64,000 nucleotides of DNA from Azolla caroliniana (lineage: Eukaryota > Plantae > Polypodiophyta): positions 13,516,001 to 13,580,000 of the forward strand of contig JBHGNT010000015.1 in the NCBI GenBank assembly GCA_043228905.1, written 5' to 3'. Below, in pieces: positions 61,215 through 64,000 of the stretch (positions within the stretch are counted from its first letter, which is position 1; each line of letters starts with the position of its first letter). Below the pieces are notes generated by a model. The model ran no database searches. It saw only the letters and a list, made by a program, of their open reading frames with translations, and had not been told where the DNA came from. The translations under genes and the position numbers were made by a program.

Positions 61215-62749
61215 GTCAGGAGGACCTGTTTCACCAGATCACGCAAGCCAACAACACACGAACAAACGAGGAATCCATCGCGACACCAATTTCGGATACT
61301 GCCGAAAAAGAGGAACCTCAGGCCATGTCCCCAGAAATTACCACGACAGTGAACAACGCGGAGCAGCGTGCGGAGTCCCCCACAATACCAGACAGCGAAA
61401 CCACTGCCCAAGTGGAACCCCATCAACCGGAGCATACGCTTACGGCTGACAGCACGGAAAACATTCCAGACCAAGAGGAACAGCAACCCCACTCCCCAGA
61501 GTGTACAATGACGGCCGACATCACGGAGGAAGTGACGGACGAAACAGAGCCGTGACCTACCACAAGCCCGCGGACGATTGAACCAAACCCCCCTAGCCCA
61601 AGAAGAACCCACAGAACTTGGACCGCCCACACAGGACGACTGCGACACCATGAGAAGCCCTCCCGACCAAGCAGGGAAACCACACAACGACGTGCCTACA
61701 GGCCCTACGCCATTCCCGGACACGGACACCGTAGCAGAACCAAACATCAGGGCCATTTTCGAGGAAGATTAAAGGGATGGGTCCAACGTGCCATGGCACT
61801 ATCCCACAGGCGTGCCAGGTGTTGTCCGCCGGAATAGTTACCGACATTCAAGAGCACAGTAATATGGAATAGAATAATATTGTAACGCATGTAACGGTTC
61901 ACGCGGGAAGTGTGAACGGCTAAAAGACCTTGCGTATATAAAGGGCAGAAAACCTCTGATAGAGTAGCGTGTAATTTTGAATGTAAAAGGTTTATCATAA
62001 TAGAGTTCTATCTTCTCTAATATCTGTGGGTATCTGTGGTTAATCTACTATGTGTCTATAATCCTTAAGAGCGTAGGCGTGAGTAATGGTGTGTGCGCTA
62101 GCCCACTGTGTAAGGAGCTCGGTTGTAGCCGTCTCCCTTATACGTTTCTAGGTTACAGGAAGTATCCCACTAAGTATCACGCACAAACGCTACCATTCGT
62201 TGTCACACAGTCACTTGGAGGTCTAGGTCGAAGGATTGACCATAGACCATGTTCCTAATCGGTAACACCGAAGCGTGTCATCAAGCCCGTACCGCTCGAG
62301 GAGCCGCGCTTTGAATTCCCCAAGTCTGGCATTGAGCCTGCACCCCGAGCACCTCTGCGTGGATGCCCGGTGTCGCTACCCGGGGAAAACCAACCAAACG
62401 CCTCGCCTCCGGGATGTTCCTCATCACCATTTCGGCCATGTAGGCCACCAAATAACTCATGGCGTTCTTCCCATCGAACCGACATATTCTGCCGACAATT
62501 GCTTCAATGGCCCTGTCAAGGGCGCCCATGCCCTCGCGAGCAATTACTATCTGATTGATTGTTGCCTCCATGGCTTCAGCGAACTCTAATCCCCTCATTT
62601 TCGATTTCTCTGCCGCCTTCTTTCATGTCGGGTTCACCAATTTAATGTCGTGTTGTTACGCTCATGTGTATGAAATAAGGCAGGACCATGGGGGCCCTGA
62701 ACCGAGGAGTGTGAGAAAGAAAGAAAGATATATTAACGTCTTCTAAGGC

Positions 62750-64000
62750 CAAATTTGGCCCATGAGACAATTGGTTTACAAAAAAAATGAGTGTTTATCC
62801 AATCATCAAAATTAAAATAAAAGAAAATAGCTTAAGTTGAGAGAGTTCTAGTAGTGTACAAAACTTTGCACTAAGCCTAATCTCATTTCCACCCAAGTCT
62901 CTCAAAAAGAAGTGGGAGGTCAAAAGTTGTTGGTGTGGGTGTGACCCATCGTCCTGGTGTATAGAGTGCCCTAGCCATGGCTTATAGGCGGTGTAGTTCA
63001 TGTTCCCTTATTTTCTTTATTGCTTCAACATCTCGTCGAGTTCCTTTGAAACCCGGCATCCAAGGGCATTTGGTTCTTCTTTGATTTTCTGCTTCATCAA
63101 GGAAAAGCCCGAGTGGTGTAGGTGTGTCGACATTCATTGTCTCCCCCTGTTCCTGAAAAACTTCATTTGTTACATGTTGGTAAACATTAACAACATTATT
63201 ATCAACGTTTTGTAACTTATTCTCTCTGTGTTGTTTCAATTCTAAGATTTATCTACCTAATTTCTTTATATCTAGTGTATCTAATAGTTTAGGGAGGGTG
63301 GGAGAGGAACCAAGTATGTCTTGGTATTTTGCCCTTATCTCGGCATAGGTGGGGCATTTGCATGTAAAATGGTACTCATCCTCTATCTCTATGTGGCATA
63401 ACCTACATATCCTTTCCTCCCTAGGGACTCCATTAGTACGTCCATTCTCAATCTCAAGTTGGTGAGATGATATTCTAAGTTGACCAATGGCAACCCTTAG
63501 TGCATGTGGTAAGAATACATCTAGATATCTTGGCCGCATAATAAAACCTAACTTAGAGAAGTGCATAAAGTGTTCCTTATAGTACGGCATTTTAGATGGG
63601 AGTGGCTCTAGTGGGGTGATCCATTTATACCGAGTATAAATTTGCCATATTTCTTGGCATATTACTTTATTACGGTCCTCATGAGAGATTAAAGTGTTAT
63701 CAGTCGTGTGGTCGTACTTAAGGGGGGGGGAGGTTATTAATGTCTAGACCATTGGCAAGAAGCCAACTCACCATCATGCCATACCATGAGCTAGTATAGC
63801 CGGACTCATATAGTGCTCAAGAAGCCTTAAAAGCTTGATGAGATATTCTATCAAGTGGTTGGTTATGTATCCTTTGGATAAAGACTATAAGTTGAAAAAG
63901 TGCTTCTACTAACATAGGGGGTAGAGTGAACTCAGCCCTAATAATGTCATGTGGGATCGATGATTTGCTTCGGAGTTGGCGTGATAACATCATCACCAAT
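62750..64000 (-). mobile_element. RTE-like LINE 3' portion, degenerate; truncates the gag-array unit at ~62720
   Basis: QLRISSHQLEIENGR...REERICRLCHIEIEDEYHFTCKCPTY, a C-terminal Zn-binding motif typical of RTE/RTE-X LINEs. Confidence 0.75.

Larger units (their letters stand above)
43460..62267 (+). mobile_element. Degenerate non-chromovirus (Athila/Tat-like) Ty3/Gypsy element; LTRs 43460-44673 and 61820-62267; TSD CCGAA; hosts three nested insertions
   Basis: LTR pair ends ...CCTAATCGGTAACA; CCGAA at 43455-43459 and 62268-62272; PR (VIDGGSGVN), RT (LDGFSGYNQ), RH (NYSTTERE) and INT (KWGLDFVGP, YPQANGLAE) with many stops. Confidence 0.93.

Overview
Repeat-rich eukaryotic plant genomic DNA, probably a seed-free plant such as a fern (inferred from PPR-like remnants and retroelement types; low-moderate confidence). 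There is one intact host gene, an intronless BCS1-like AAA-ATPase (7300-8745). The rest is deeply nested transposable elements: LINE fragments, a decayed MULE, several Copia elements (one intact, 37689-43118, with apparently identical LTRs), Gypsy elements, solo LTRs, two hAT-type MITEs and a tandem array of gag-only units with a tRNA-Trp primer site. The most notable feature is a 7.8-kb TIR DNA transposon (51538-59353; perfect 33-bp TIRs; 4-bp TSD CGAT). It carries a Sola-like DDD transposase and, divergently, a predicted six-exon gene (~958 aa) that fuses a ParB/Srx-like domain to a prokaryotic-type beta-class DNA amino-methyltransferase (DIPY...WIKTN...PYQKP...DLFSGTG). A second, diverged and disrupted copy lies at 9523-15115 with the same intron position and only synonymous changes in the SAM-binding segment. 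This points to a plant transposon family that carries its own 6mA/4mC methyltransferase. All domain calls are by-eye motif recognition; no searches were run.
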